Source: an uncultured Verrucomicrobiae bacterium
GTDB lineage: Bacteria > Verrucomicrobiota > Verrucomicrobiia > Chthoniobacterales > Chthoniobacteraceae
Direction of reading: 5' to 3'
DNA length: 64,000 nt
NCBI GenBank assembly: GCA_963836755.1
Contig: CAWIKF010000001.1
Span: 672,001-736,000 of the forward strand
Part shown: piece by piece, positions 1 through 9,575 of the stretch
Numbering within the stretch: the stretch's first letter is position 1
Layout of the letters: every line of letters starts with the position of its first letter
Position numbers and translations under genes: made by a program
Notes under the pieces: generated by a model
Told to the model about the DNA's origin: nothing
The model's input: only the letters and a program-made list of their open reading frames with translations
The model's database searches: none

Positions 1-2
1 TG

Positions 3-491
3 GCCGCGTTGAAGGTCGTGCCGGGAATCAATGCGCGCATGGAAGGCGATGACCTGATCGTTAATCATTATTTTGACATCGGCGTCGCGGTTGGCACCGA
101 GCGCGGACTTGTGGTGCCGGTGGTTCGCGATGCGGATCAAAAATCATTCGCGCAGATCGAGCAGGAGTTGCTCAATTACGCGGCGAAGGCGCGAGAGGGA
201 AAAATCAAAATCGAAGATTTGCAGGGCGGCGTTTTCACGATTTCAAACGGCGGCGTTTACGGTTCGCTTTTGAGCACGCCGATTCTTAATCCGCCGCAGA
301 GCGGCATTCTCGGGATGCATAAAATCCAGGAACGTCCGGTCGTGGTGAACAAGGAAATCGCGATCCGGCCGATGATGTTTACCGCTCTCAGCTACGATCA
401 TCGCGTGGTGGACGGCAAAGAAGCGGTGACGTTTCTCGTGCGGGTGAAAGAGTGCATCGAGGAGCCAGCGCGGCTGCTGCTCGACATCTAA
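3..491 (+). CDS. sucB: 2-oxoglutarate dehydrogenase E2 (dihydrolipoamide succinyltransferase), 5'-truncated
   Basis: Catalytic-domain motifs [32 protein letters not shown] and [11 protein letters not shown]; the frame runs off the window start. Confidence 0.93.
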   Translation, partial: AALKVVPGINARMEGDDLIVNHYFDIGVAVGTERGLVVPVVRDADQKSFAQIEQELLNYAAKAREGKIKIEDLQGGVFTISNGGVYGSLLSTPILNPPQSGILGMHKIQERPVVVNKEIAIRPMMFTALSYDHRVVDGKEAVTFLVRVKECIEEPARLLLDI

Positions 492-1759
492 TCCGCTGTC
501 TGCGGCAAACTTTCTCCGGGCGCGACGAGGCGAAAAAGAGCGACGAAGATCGCGAGACCCAGCGGCAGGGAAAGCGGCAACGCGAGGTGATAGCTCGCAA
601 AGATCACGAGCCCGATCGTGAGGTAAATCACCATGGAAAGCGCGGCGATTGGGATCGCGGACTGCCGCGGTCGCCGGTAGAGAAACCAGCTCAGCAGCAT
701 CATCGCCGCGACGATGACTCCATCAAACCAGAAGCCGATGCGGCGGATGAAAGCATTACTTTGCACTGTGGCGATCGCAGCGGCGGCGAGCTCGCCGGAG
801 GAACCGCGGCGGCCGATGGGAAAATGGTAAATGCGCGATGCGTCGTCGGTGCGAGCCAGGATGACGAGCTTGCCGGCGAGGACTTCCGGCTGGATGACCG
901 GTGGGAGTTTCGCCTCGATTTGCTCGGTCGCCAGCAGCAGATCTTCGAATCCGACGCGCGTGAAAGGCGCACGGAAATCGACGAGCATCGAGCCAGAAGA
1001 ATCAATCGGAATGGTAACTTTGTCGCCGAGCGCAATCTTATTTCCGAAATCCACTTTCACGTCATCGACGGTCAGTTTGAACCAGAGCATCAATGTCTGT
1101 AAAACAAACGACGGCACGATCTGCCCGTCGTAAGAAAAGACGAGAGGCGCGTGTCGCAGCGGCTCGCGGACGACTGGGACATTCGTGAAACCGAGCGTCG
1201 AGGAGAGGCGCAGTTCTTCTTTCGGCTCGCGCTCGATCGCGGTGAAAGAAGGAACGTCGCGCGCGCTGCCGCTGAGTTTGCGGAGCACCGGAACCGGCTG
1301 CGGAGGCGGCACCACGTCTGGATCTTCGGGAAATCCTAGCTCTGCGCCGAGCACGATTTTTGGCGCGAGCAAAATGCGTTCATGCAGGATTTTTTCGAAC
1401 TGCGGATATTTGAGCTGGGCGTCCGCATTCAATTTTTCCGGGTCCCATTCCGGCACCGGTTCGATGCCGATCGCTTCCGGATGAAACTTCAAGGCGTCAT
1501 CGAGGAAGAGCGCAAAATCGAGCGGCGACCACGGCCACGGATGCTGGCTGCCCATGCTGCTGTTGTTGATTTCCACGAGCACGAGCGTCGCCAAGGTGTC
1601 GGCGTGCGCGCTGTTCGCCGAAAGCCAGCCGATGAAATTTTCGTCGTAATCCAGCAGCGGCGATTCGTTCGCTTCGCGCATCAGCACGAGGCCGACCAGC
1701 AGCACTAGGAGCATGAGCTGTGGCGCGGAGCGATGCATTTGCGCGCGAGTTAAGGGCAA
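488..1759 (-). CDS. CHASE2-type extracytoplasmic sensor domain membrane protein with no cytoplasmic output domain
   Basis: N-terminal [20 protein letters not shown] motif like CHASE2 VIVDID..GRWPWPR; GKLVIL; three C-terminal TM helices, then a stop. Confidence 0.65.
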   Translation of the reverse strand: MPLTRAQMHRSAPQLMLLVLLVGLVLMREANESPLLDYDENFIGWLSANSAHADTLATLVLVEINNSSMGSQHPWPWSPLDFALFLDDALKFHPEAIGIEPVPEWDPEKLNADAQLKYPQFEKILHERILLAPKIVLGAELGFPEDPDVVPPPQPVPVLRKLSGSARDVPSFTAIEREPKEELRLSSTLGFTNVPVVREPLRHAPLVFSYDGQIVPSFVLQTLMLWFKLTVDDVKVDFGNKIALGDKVTIPIDSSGSMLVDFRAPFTRVGFEDLLLATEQIEAKLPPVIQPEVLAGKLVILARTDDASRIYHFPIGRRGSSGELAAAAIATVQSNAFIRRIGFWFDGVIVAAMMLLSWFLYRRPRQSAIPIAALSMVIYLTIGLVIFASYHLALPLSLPLGLAIFVALFRLVAPGESLPQTAD

Positions 1760-1886
1760 AGCGCCGGAAACTCAAATCGCAAAATTAAAGAGCGCGAGCT
1801 TTGCGCGAACGACGCGGTTTCGCGCGAAGGCGCATTGCGATTTGAGCGAAATACGGTGCGGGCTGTCAGACGTTATTCTTACAGAA

Positions 1887-3017
1887 ATGAACCGCATCGC
1901 TTTCGCATTCACCTTCGTTTTTCTATTTCACTTCGGCGCCTTCGCGCAGACCGATCCGGCCAGTGAGCCGTCGGTCATCGCGGTCGGAAAAGTTTGGCCG
2001 GCGGTGGTGAACATCAACACCGAGCGGATTATTAAGCGCGTTTACGCCGATCCCTACGACCAACTTTTTAACCAATTTTTCGGCCGCCAGGTCGTGCCGG
2101 AACGGCAGCTGCAGCAAAAAGTGCAAAGCCTCGGAAGCGGCTTCATTGTTGACCCGGCGGGCTACATCGTGACGAACGAGCATGTCGTCGAGCGCGCGGA
2201 AGATTTAAAAATTCACGTCACCACGAGCGATGGAAAAACTTACGAAGGCAAATATGTGTCCGGCGATCCCGCGCGCGACATTGCCTTCATCAAGATCTCC
2301 GGGCCGAAGCCGTTCGCGTTTATCTCACTCCAGGATCTTTCGCCGAGCCTGCTCGGCCAATCGGTCCTCGCGGTCGGCAATCCGCTCGGCTACGGACTCT
2401 CCGTCAGCCGCGGGATTTTGAGCGCGCTCAACCGCGCCGTCACGCTCGACCAAGTCGTTTACAAGGATTTGATCCAGACGGACGCGGCGATCAACCCCGG
2501 AAATTCGGGCGGGCCGCTGATCGATCTCAACGGCAAGCTCGTCGGCGTAAATTCCGTCAAAATGGCCTACACTCCGCAGGGCGTGCCGACGCAGGGAATC
2601 GGTTTCGCGATCCCGTCGAGTCTCGTGCGCGACGAAGTAAAACAATTCATGGAGGCGGAAAAAAATCCCGCCGCGAAGCGCAAGCTCCAGATGGCGCAGT
2701 CGCCCGCTCGCCGGCTTTTCGGTTTGCAGCTGCAGGATCTGAGCGACGAACTCGCCTCGGCTTTTGGCTACGACGGCGGTGCCGGCGTGCTCATTTCGGA
2801 CGTCGAAGCGGCGAGCCCGGCGGAGCAGGTCGGGATGAAGCGCGGCATGGTGATTTATAAAATCGGACGATTCTCGGTGAGCTCCGCGAAGGAGGCAGAT
2901 TCAGTGCTGGCCCAGGCGGCAAGCGGCTCGCAGGCGGATTTCCTTGTGGGTTCGCCGCGGCGTGTGCGCGGGCATTTGGTGCAGCAGGCGCAGACCGTTT
3001 CGCTTACGGCCCGTTAA
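1887..3017 (+). CDS. HtrA/DegP-family trypsin-like serine protease with PDZ domain
   Basis: Signal peptide from ATG 1887; GSGFIV, TNEHVV, QTDAAINPGNSGGPL catalytic motifs; C-terminal PDZ-like GVLISDVEAASPAEQVG. Confidence 0.93.
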   Translation: MNRIAFAFTFVFLFHFGAFAQTDPASEPSVIAVGKVWPAVVNINTERIIKRVYADPYDQLFNQFFGRQVVPERQLQQKVQSLGSGFIVDPAGYIVTNEHVVERAEDLKIHVTTSDGKTYEGKYVSGDPARDIAFIKISGPKPFAFISLQDLSPSLLGQSVLAVGNPLGYGLSVSRGILSALNRAVTLDQVVYKDLIQTDAAINPGNSGGPLIDLNGKLVGVNSVKMAYTPQGVPTQGIGFAIPSSLVRDEVKQFMEAEKNPAAKRKLQMAQSPARRLFGLQLQDLSDELASAFGYDGGAGVLISDVEAASPAEQVGMKRGMVIYKIGRFSVSSAKEADSVLAQAASGSQADFLVGSPRRVRGHLVQQAQTVSLTAR

Positions 3018-3028
3018 CGTGGCGTTAG

Positions 3029-4180
3029 CTAAGCGTAAAAGCTGGCGATTGTTTGCACAACGTATCGCAGCTGATCTTCTGTGAGTTCGGGAAAAATCGG
3101 CAGCGCCGTAGTTTCACGCGCCGCGCGCTCCGCCTCTGGGAAATCTCCCTCGCGATAGCCGAGATAAGCGAAGCACTTTTGCAAGTGCAGCGGGACGGGA
3201 TAGTAAATCGCGTGTCCGATCTGGTGCTCCGTGAGATGCGCGCACAATTCGTCGCGACGCGCCGCGCGAATGACGAACTGGTTGTAAATATGATGGTTTG
3301 GGTTTGCGCATCCGGCGAACGGCTCGAGCGGCAGCGTCAACTTTGACTCCAGTCCGGCGCGCGCAAATTCCTCGCGGTAAAATTTCGCGTTTGCGCGGCG
3401 CGCGGCCGACCAGCCGTCGAGATGCGGGAGCTTCAAATTCAGCACCGCAGCTTGCAGCGCATCGATGCGGAAATTGCCACCGATCATCTGGTGATAGTAG
3501 CGATCTTCCATACCGTGATTGCGCAACGCGCGCATTTTCACCGCCATTTTCTCATCGCGACATACGACCATTCCTGCGTCGCCGAATGCGCCAAGATTTT
3601 TCGACGGAAAAAAAGAATAGTATCCGAACTCGCCAATCGCCCCGCAATGTCGGACGCCTTGCGCGGAGGGATAAATCGCGCCGAGAGCCTGCGCGGCATC
3701 CTCGATAACCGGCACGTCGAATTCGGCTGCAAGCGAAACGATTTCGTCCATCGCGCTGCTCAGGCCGTAAAGATGCACGGGCATGATCGCCTTGATTTTT
3801 TCGTCCTGATTTTTTTCGAGACAAGCGCGCAGCGCGGGAGCGGAAATGTTGTAAGTAGCGGGATCGATATCGACGAAGATCGGCTTGGCGCCTACGCGGG
3901 CGATGCCTCCGGCAGTTGCAAAAAAAGTGTAAGGCGTCGTGACGACCGCGTCGCCCGGCCCGATGCCGAGCGCCATTAAAATCACCAGCAGCGCATCGCT
4001 GCCGGAGGAAACACCGATCGCGTGGCCGGCGTCGACGTAACCGCAAACCGCCCGCTCAAACGCCTCCACTTTCGGACCGAGGATGAAATGCTGGCTCTCG
4101 ATGATCTCATCGATTTCCGCGCGAATCTGCGGACGAAGTTTCGCGTATTGCAGCTTGAGGTCGAGCAGAGGGACTTGCAT
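3029..4180 (-). CDS. DegT/DnrJ/EryC1/StrS PLP-dependent aminotransferase
   Basis: MQVPLLDL start, IMPVHLYG, IEDAAQA, SFFPSKNLGAFGDAG motifs. Confidence 0.93.
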   Translation of the reverse strand: MQVPLLDLKLQYAKLRPQIRAEIDEIIESQHFILGPKVEAFERAVCGYVDAGHAIGVSSGSDALLVILMALGIGPGDAVVTTPYTFFATAGGIARVGAKPIFVDIDPATYNISAPALRACLEKNQDEKIKAIMPVHLYGLSSAMDEIVSLAAEFDVPVIEDAAQALGAIYPSAQGVRHCGAIGEFGYYSFFPSKNLGAFGDAGMVVCRDEKMAVKMRALRNHGMEDRYYHQMIGGNFRIDALQAAVLNLKLPHLDGWSAARRANAKFYREEFARAGLESKLTLPLEPFAGCANPNHHIYNQFVIRAARRDELCAHLTEHQIGHAIYYPVPLHLQKCFAYLGYREGDFPEAERAARETTALPIFPELTEDQLRYVVQTIASFYA

Positions 4181-4335
4181 GAGCCGTTCATCATGAGTTG
4201 CGCCGGGGGCGAGCATCAAATGCGAATTCCAATTTTTCGATTTTGATCCGCTTGAGGTTTTCGAAAAAAGTTGCCCCGTCATGGCTTGATGCTTTCCCCG
4301 TTGACGCTCGCGAAAGCTGTCCTAAACTCGTCGCG

Positions 4336-4524
4336 ATGATCGCCTTGTTTCGAAAAATTTTTTGGCTGGCGCTATTCGTAGTGTTTACATTCTGTTTTAT
4401 CGTGTTGTTCGAGCACGGGCCGACGAATTTTGTGCAGAACGCGCACGTGGAGGCGGCGCAGTTGCAAAAAATGTTTGGCAAGATCAACCGGCCGAAGGAC
4501 ACGAGCGACAAGATCGGCCAGTAG
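4336..4524 (+). CDS. Small single-TM hypothetical protein (62 aa)
   Basis: MIALFRKIFWLALFVVFTFCFIVLFEHGP; stop lies 9 nt before the next gene. Confidence 0.6.
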   Translation: MIALFRKIFWLALFVVFTFCFIVLFEHGPTNFVQNAHVEAAQLQKMFGKINRPKDTSDKIGQ

Positions 4525-4533
4525 CGCGGACGG

Positions 4534-5340
4534 ATGAAAATCATTCGCTACGCGGACTCTGCGGGCGAAGTGCATTACGCGGTGGTGCGGGAGGACGGGA
4601 GCGCGCACCGGGTGATCGGCGATATTTTTGACGAGTTTGAAATCACGTCTGAGGTCGCCGTCGTCCATAAATTGCTCGCGCCTGTCGAGCCGGTGAACAT
4701 CTTGTGCATCGGCCTCAATTATCGGCGGCATGCGATCGAGACGGGTGCGCCGCTGCCGAAGTTCCCAGTCGTGTTTATGAAAAGCACGAGTGCGCTGCAA
4801 AATCCCGGCGATCCGATTTTGCTGCCGTCGCATCTTGCAAGCACGCAAGTCGATTACGAATGCGAACTGGTCGTCATCATCGGCAGCCTTTGCAAAAACG
4901 TCAGCCGCGCCGAAGCGCTCGATTACGTGATCGGCTACACTTGCGGCAACGACGTGAGCGCGCGCGATTGGCAAAAAGATTGGGGCGGCTCGCAATGGTG
5001 CCGCGGCAAAACCTTCGACACGTTCGCGCCGCTCGGGCCATGCCTCGTCACGCCCGATGAGATTGGCGACCCGCATCATTTGAAAATCCAAACCAGCGTC
5101 AATGGCGAGACGATGCAGGACTGGATCACGGACGACATGATTTTCAAGGTGCCGGAGCTGATCGAATTTCTCAGCGGAAGCACGACGCTGCTGCCGGGCA
5201 CCGCGATTTTTACCGGCACGCCGCACGGCGTCGGCATGGCACGCAATCCGCCGCGCTGGCTCAAAGAGGGCGACACGGTCACGGTCGAGATTGAAAAGAT
5301 CGGGCGATTAATCAACCCGGTGCAAAGCGAGCGCAGCTAG
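4534..5340 (+). CDS. Fumarylacetoacetate hydrolase family protein
   Basis: CIGLNY..H, DYECEL, NDVSARDWQ, GKTFDTFAPLGP, FTGTP motifs. Confidence 0.93.
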   Translation: MKIIRYADSAGEVHYAVVREDGSAHRVIGDIFDEFEITSEVAVVHKLLAPVEPVNILCIGLNYRRHAIETGAPLPKFPVVFMKSTSALQNPGDPILLPSHLASTQVDYECELVVIIGSLCKNVSRAEALDYVIGYTCGNDVSARDWQKDWGGSQWCRGKTFDTFAPLGPCLVTPDEIGDPHHLKIQTSVNGETMQDWITDDMIFKVPELIEFLSGSTTLLPGTAIFTGTPHGVGMARNPPRWLKEGDTVTVEIEKIGRLINPVQSERS

Positions 5341-5396
5341 ATCTCGTGAAGCATAACGCCCGAAGTTGTTCCTAAGGTAAAAGCAGACTAGCTTGC

Positions 5397-5870
5397 GTGC
5401 AGATGGCAACGAGCGAGAAAGTTTTGCCGCCACTGGTTGTGTTTCGCGTGGATGACGAAAAGTGGGCCGTGCCTGTTTCGGAGATTGAGCGAGTGGTGCG
5501 CGCGGTCGAGATCGCTCCATGCCCTGACGCGCCAGCTGCGGTGCTCGGGTCAATCAATGTGCACGGAGATGTGCTGGCTGTTTTTGACCTGCGTCTCCGC
5601 ATAGGAAAGGTGTCGCGCGAGATCACCTTGAGCGACTGCTTTCTGATAGCTCACGCAGGCCAGCGGCGAATCGCGCTTGTTGCCGACGAGATCATTGGCG
5701 TGTTGGAACCCGATGACTCGTCATCCATTTCCTCCAAAGCTCTTTTGCCGGAAACATCGCCCTTTGACCGCGTGTGCAAGCGTGTCGGCGAGATCGTGAT
5801 CATCTACGATTTGGAACGGTTGCTATCAGAGGGGGAAGAGTCGCTACTGGCGACAGTCCTGGCTTCATGA
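5397..5870 (+). CDS. cheW: CheW-like coupling protein (WspB-like)
   Basis: LVVFRV..WAVPV..IERV, P..VLGSINVHGDVLAVFDLR, IALVADEIIG. Confidence 0.85.
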   Translation: MQMATSEKVLPPLVVFRVDDEKWAVPVSEIERVVRAVEIAPCPDAPAAVLGSINVHGDVLAVFDLRLRIGKVSREITLSDCFLIAHAGQRRIALVADEIIGVLEPDDSSSISSKALLPETSPFDRVCKRVGEIVIIYDLERLLSEGEESLLATVLAS

Positions 5871-7207
5871 CCGCCTCGATTTCGGATCTCTGCTGGCAAA
5901 GTCTGAGCGACGCAGTCGCGGCGCAAATGGGATTACACTTTGCGAAGGAACGCTGGCCGGACCTAAAACGCGCCATTGAATCGGCCAGCGAGGAACTTGG
6001 TTTCAAAGACGCTCGTGAAGCAGTTGATGCATTTCTTGCCAACCCATTCGCTCGTGAGACAGTCGATGTTCTCGCGAAACATTTGACCATTGGCGAAACC
6101 TACTTTTTTCGAGACCCGACACTATTTGAAGTCCTCGAGCAAAAGATTTTTCCAGCGCTCATTCAATCGCGCCGCACGGATCGTCGGCTCCGCATATGGA
6201 GCGCGGGCTGCTGCTCGGGCGAAGAACCTTATTCCGTGGCGATCCTTCTCTCAAAGTTGTTGCCTGATATCGACGATTGGGAAATCACGATCCTTGCCAC
6301 AGACATCAGCTCTCATTTTTTACGAAAGGCAACGGCGGCGACTTATACAAAATGGTCGTTTCGCGGAAAGTCGCATTCGCGAAAGGAAAGCTATTTTACA
6401 CGGACAGATTCAGGTCGATTCAAGCTTTTGCCAAAGTATCAAAAGCTGGTCAGCTTTGCCTTCTCGAATCTGGTTCAAGATGACTATCCCTCTAGGCTCA
6501 ATAACACGGATGAGATGGACGTGATTCTCTGCCGAAATGTGCTGATGTATTTCTTGCCGGCGCAAGCAGAGAAAGTCATCACGAAGCTTCGCCAATCGCT
6601 AGCTCCAGGGGGATGGCTGATCTCGAGTGCCGCGGAAGCAGGACCCAGGTTTAATTCCCTGACCTCCGTAAGCTTCCCCGGCTGCACTCTTTACCGAAAG
6701 GATGTGGATCAACCAAAAGACAAACCTGCTGCGCCGCTGATACTACTAACTTCCACGCCAGAACCAGTGCCCAACACCAACGGCAAGAAGCATGTCGCAA
6801 AAACCGTAAGTGCCAAACTCGACGTCGACTTGGGATATCTGGCAAAGGTCAAAGCCGATCAGGGCAACTATCGCGAGGCGCTCGCAATGGTTGAGGAGGC
6901 TTTGCGTCGCGATAGGTCGAACTTGGGGCTTCACTATTTGAAAGGCTCGATTCTGCAGGAGCAGAACGACCTGGATAATGCGGTAAGATCTTTTCAGCGC
7001 GTTCTCCATCTCGACGAAGACTTCGTGATGGCCTATTTTTCGTTGGGAACCATCATGCGAAAAATTGGGCGCACGGCAGAACAAGCAAAATACTTCAAAA
7101 CAGCTCTTTGCATCTTGAAGAACATCCCGGGAGAATCAGTAGTTGCTGAGTCCTCCGGAATGTCTGCCAAGGCTTTGTCGCAGATTATCGAAGCTGCCGC
7201 CGGTTAA
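5867..7207 (+). CDS. cheR: CheR methyltransferase with C-terminal TPR repeats (WspC-like)
   Basis: LTIGETYFFRD, IWSAGCCSGEEPYS, ILATDIS, DVILCRNVLMYF; TPR-like C-terminus; ATGA overlap with upstream cheW. Confidence 0.92.
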   Translation: MTASISDLCWQSLSDAVAAQMGLHFAKERWPDLKRAIESASEELGFKDAREAVDAFLANPFARETVDVLAKHLTIGETYFFRDPTLFEVLEQKIFPALIQSRRTDRRLRIWSAGCCSGEEPYSVAILLSKLLPDIDDWEITILATDISSHFLRKATAATYTKWSFRGKSHSRKESYFTRTDSGRFKLLPKYQKLVSFAFSNLVQDDYPSRLNNTDEMDVILCRNVLMYFLPAQAEKVITKLRQSLAPGGWLISSAAEAGPRFNSLTSVSFPGCTLYRKDVDQPKDKPAAPLILLTSTPEPVPNTNGKKHVAKTVSAKLDVDLGYLAKVKADQGNYREALAMVEEALRRDRSNLGLHYLKGSILQEQNDLDNAVRSFQRVLHLDEDFVMAYFSLGTIMRKIGRTAEQAKYFKTALCILKNIPGESVVAESSGMSAKALSQIIEAAAG

Positions 7208-7213
7208 GTCTTC

Positions 7214-7846
7214 TTGATGAATCGCGACATCGATGTATGGGCAAAGCTGCGGAACCGCGTCGACCTGATGCGGGAAGCGTTTCAAGAAAGTTTGACGCCA
7301 TCTCCCGAAAAGCAGCAGGCGATACTGCATGAGCGCGCAGTAGCGCTTGCGAGTGAAGACGAGCCGGAGAAAATGGAGGATGAGCTGGACTTGCTCCTTT
7401 TTTCGCTGGGCTTTGAAACCTATGGCATCGAGACAACCTACCTTGGCGAAGTATTCACCCTCGATGACTTTACCTGGGTGCCGGGAGCTCCCGCTTTCAT
7501 CGCTGGTATTGCCAATCTTCGCGGAACAATGCTGACTTTATTAGATCTAAAACCATTCATAGGTCTACAGGCAACCGGAATCACCGACACCAATCAGGTG
7601 ATCACTGTTCGGGATAATCGGATTCAGATAGGATTGCTGGCAGACAAAATCTTCGGAATCGATCGCGTGAAGGCCTCGGAACTTCAAACTTCGCCTCCTA
7701 CGTTGACCCGACAGGACGCGGACTATTCAAAAGGAGTGACGCAGAGCGGCTTGGTTGTGCTGGATATGCGAAAGCTTTTGCGGCACGATAGGCTTGTGGT
7801 CGATCAAATGCATCCACGCATGCGAAGTAACATTACCGACTTATGA
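7214..7846 (+). CDS. cheW: CheW-like protein (WspD-like)
   Basis: [10 protein letters not shown] leader, [28 protein letters not shown]. Confidence 0.88.
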   Translation: MMNRDIDVWAKLRNRVDLMREAFQESLTPSPEKQQAILHERAVALASEDEPEKMEDELDLLLFSLGFETYGIETTYLGEVFTLDDFTWVPGAPAFIAGIANLRGTMLTLLDLKPFIGLQATGITDTNQVITVRDNRIQIGLLADKIFGIDRVKASELQTSPPTLTRQDADYSKGVTQSGLVVLDMRKLLRHDRLVVDQMHPRMRSNITDL

Positions 7847-9570
7847 AATGGAATGTCGGAGCGAAGATTGGTGCGGGGTTTTGCTTGACGACAGTCGTTT
7901 TGTTGATCGTAGGTGCGGTGGCATTCCAAAACACAAAAGCCTTCGTCAGTGCGGTGGAAGAAAGGCGCCAGTGCTATCAGGAGCTGGGCGGCATCAATGA
8001 AGTGTCTTCGTTGCTCAAGGATGCGGAGACCGGACAACGCGGTTATCTGCTTACCGGTCAGGATCGTTACCTGACACCTTACACCGATGCGGATGCAAGG
8101 TTGAATGGTAGCATCGAGAAGTTGCGAGAGCTATTTGCCGGCCACAACCAGCAGGAGCAAAAGATTGCCAAAATACAAAAGGATACTGACATCAAGATGT
8201 CGGAACTGAGGGAGACGATCGCATTGCGGAAAGACAAGGGATTTGAGGCGGCTCAACAAGTAGTTCTAAGCGACACGGGCAGGAGCGCGATGCAGGAGCT
8301 GCGGGAGTTGGTGAATGCGCTGAAGGCCGATGTCGAAGCGAAACTGGAATCGCGGTCGCAGGAGTTGAGTAGAAGAGCGGACACGACCTTCACGACTATT
8401 GAGTATGGCATCGTGGTGTCAGCGCTGCTGACCTTGCTGATCGGTTACTTGTTGACGCGCAGCATCGCGAGGCCATTGCGCGGCGTGACGACTGTTGCAG
8501 ATCGCATCGCGCTCGGAGACTTAAGCACAGAGCTGATGAGTGTCAGAAGTGACGATGAGGTGGGAATGCTTCGCAATGCATTTTACAGTATGAACCAATC
8601 GCTGCGACTGTTAGCGGGGCGTGCAACGGAAATCGCCGCCGGAAATCTGCGGACCCAGATCAGCGCACAATCGGAGAAGGACGTGCTGGGCAACGCCTTT
8701 GCGATGATGACGCAAAATTTGCGCAGCTTGATGCAAGAAATTCTAGGCGCGGTGAATGTGCTCGCGACCTCCGCCAGTGAAATCATGGCCTCTACCACTC
8801 AGCTTGCTTCGGGTGCCGCGCAGACCGCAGCGGCGGTGACGGAAACGACGACGACCGTCGAGGAGGTGAAACAGACTTCGCAAGTCTCCAGTCAAAAAGG
8901 AAGAGTTGTCGCCGACAGCTCGCAACGGACTGCGGAAGTGGCGCAAAGCGGCCGGCGCGCGGTCGAGGAAACTGTGATCGGCATGGAACGGATTCGCGAG
9001 CAGATGGAGTCGATCGCCGAAAGCATCGTGCGCCTAAGCGAGCAAAGTCAGGCGATTGGCGAAATCATCGCCGTCGTGGACGATCTTGCCTCGCAATCAA
9101 ATTTGCTCGCGGTCAATGCATCGATTGAAGCCGCAAAAGCGGGAGAGCAGGGAAAGGGATTTGCGGTCGTCGCGCAGGAAGTCAAAAGTCTCGCGGATCA
9201 ATCCCGGCACGCGACAACACAAGTGCGCGCCATTTTGAGCGAAATCCAAAAAGCGACCAGCGGCGCGGTCATGGCGACGGAGCAGGGAAACAAAGCAGTC
9301 GCGGCGGGAATGACGCAATCGCAAGCAGCGGGCGAGGCGATTCGCCTGTTGAGCGACAACATCGTCCAAGCGTCGCACACGGCGATGCAGATTGCCGTGA
9401 CGAGCCAGGAGCAATTCGTCGGGATGGATCAGGTCGCAATGGCGATGGAGAATATCAAGGTCGCGAGCGTGCAGACTTTGACGAGCACGAAACAGGCTGA
9501 GACGGCTGCGCAAAACCTGCACGATCTTGGCCAGAAATTGAAACGGCTGGTATCAAAGTTTAAGGTCTGA
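7843..9570 (+). CDS. Methyl-accepting chemotaxis protein with CHASE3 and HAMP domains (WspA-like)
   Basis: TM-CHASE3 ([13 protein letters not shown])-TM-HAMP; signalling hairpin [31 protein letters not shown]. Confidence 0.95.
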   Translation: MKWNVGAKIGAGFCLTTVVLLIVGAVAFQNTKAFVSAVEERRQCYQELGGINEVSSLLKDAETGQRGYLLTGQDRYLTPYTDADARLNGSIEKLRELFAGHNQQEQKIAKIQKDTDIKMSELRETIALRKDKGFEAAQQVVLSDTGRSAMQELRELVNALKADVEAKLESRSQELSRRADTTFTTIEYGIVVSALLTLLIGYLLTRSIARPLRGVTTVADRIALGDLSTELMSVRSDDEVGMLRNAFYSMNQSLRLLAGRATEIAAGNLRTQISAQSEKDVLGNAFAMMTQNLRSLMQEILGAVNVLATSASEIMASTTQLASGAAQTAAAVTETTTTVEEVKQTSQVSSQKGRVVADSSQRTAEVAQSGRRAVEETVIGMERIREQMESIAESIVRLSEQSQAIGEIIAVVDDLASQSNLLAVNASIEAAKAGEQGKGFAVVAQEVKSLADQSRHATTQVRAILSEIQKATSGAVMATEQGNKAVAAGMTQSQAAGEAIRLLSDNIVQASHTAMQIAVTSQEQFVGMDQVAMAMENIKVASVQTLTSTKQAETAAQNLHDLGQKLKRLVSKFKV

Positions 9571-9575
9571 TCGCG

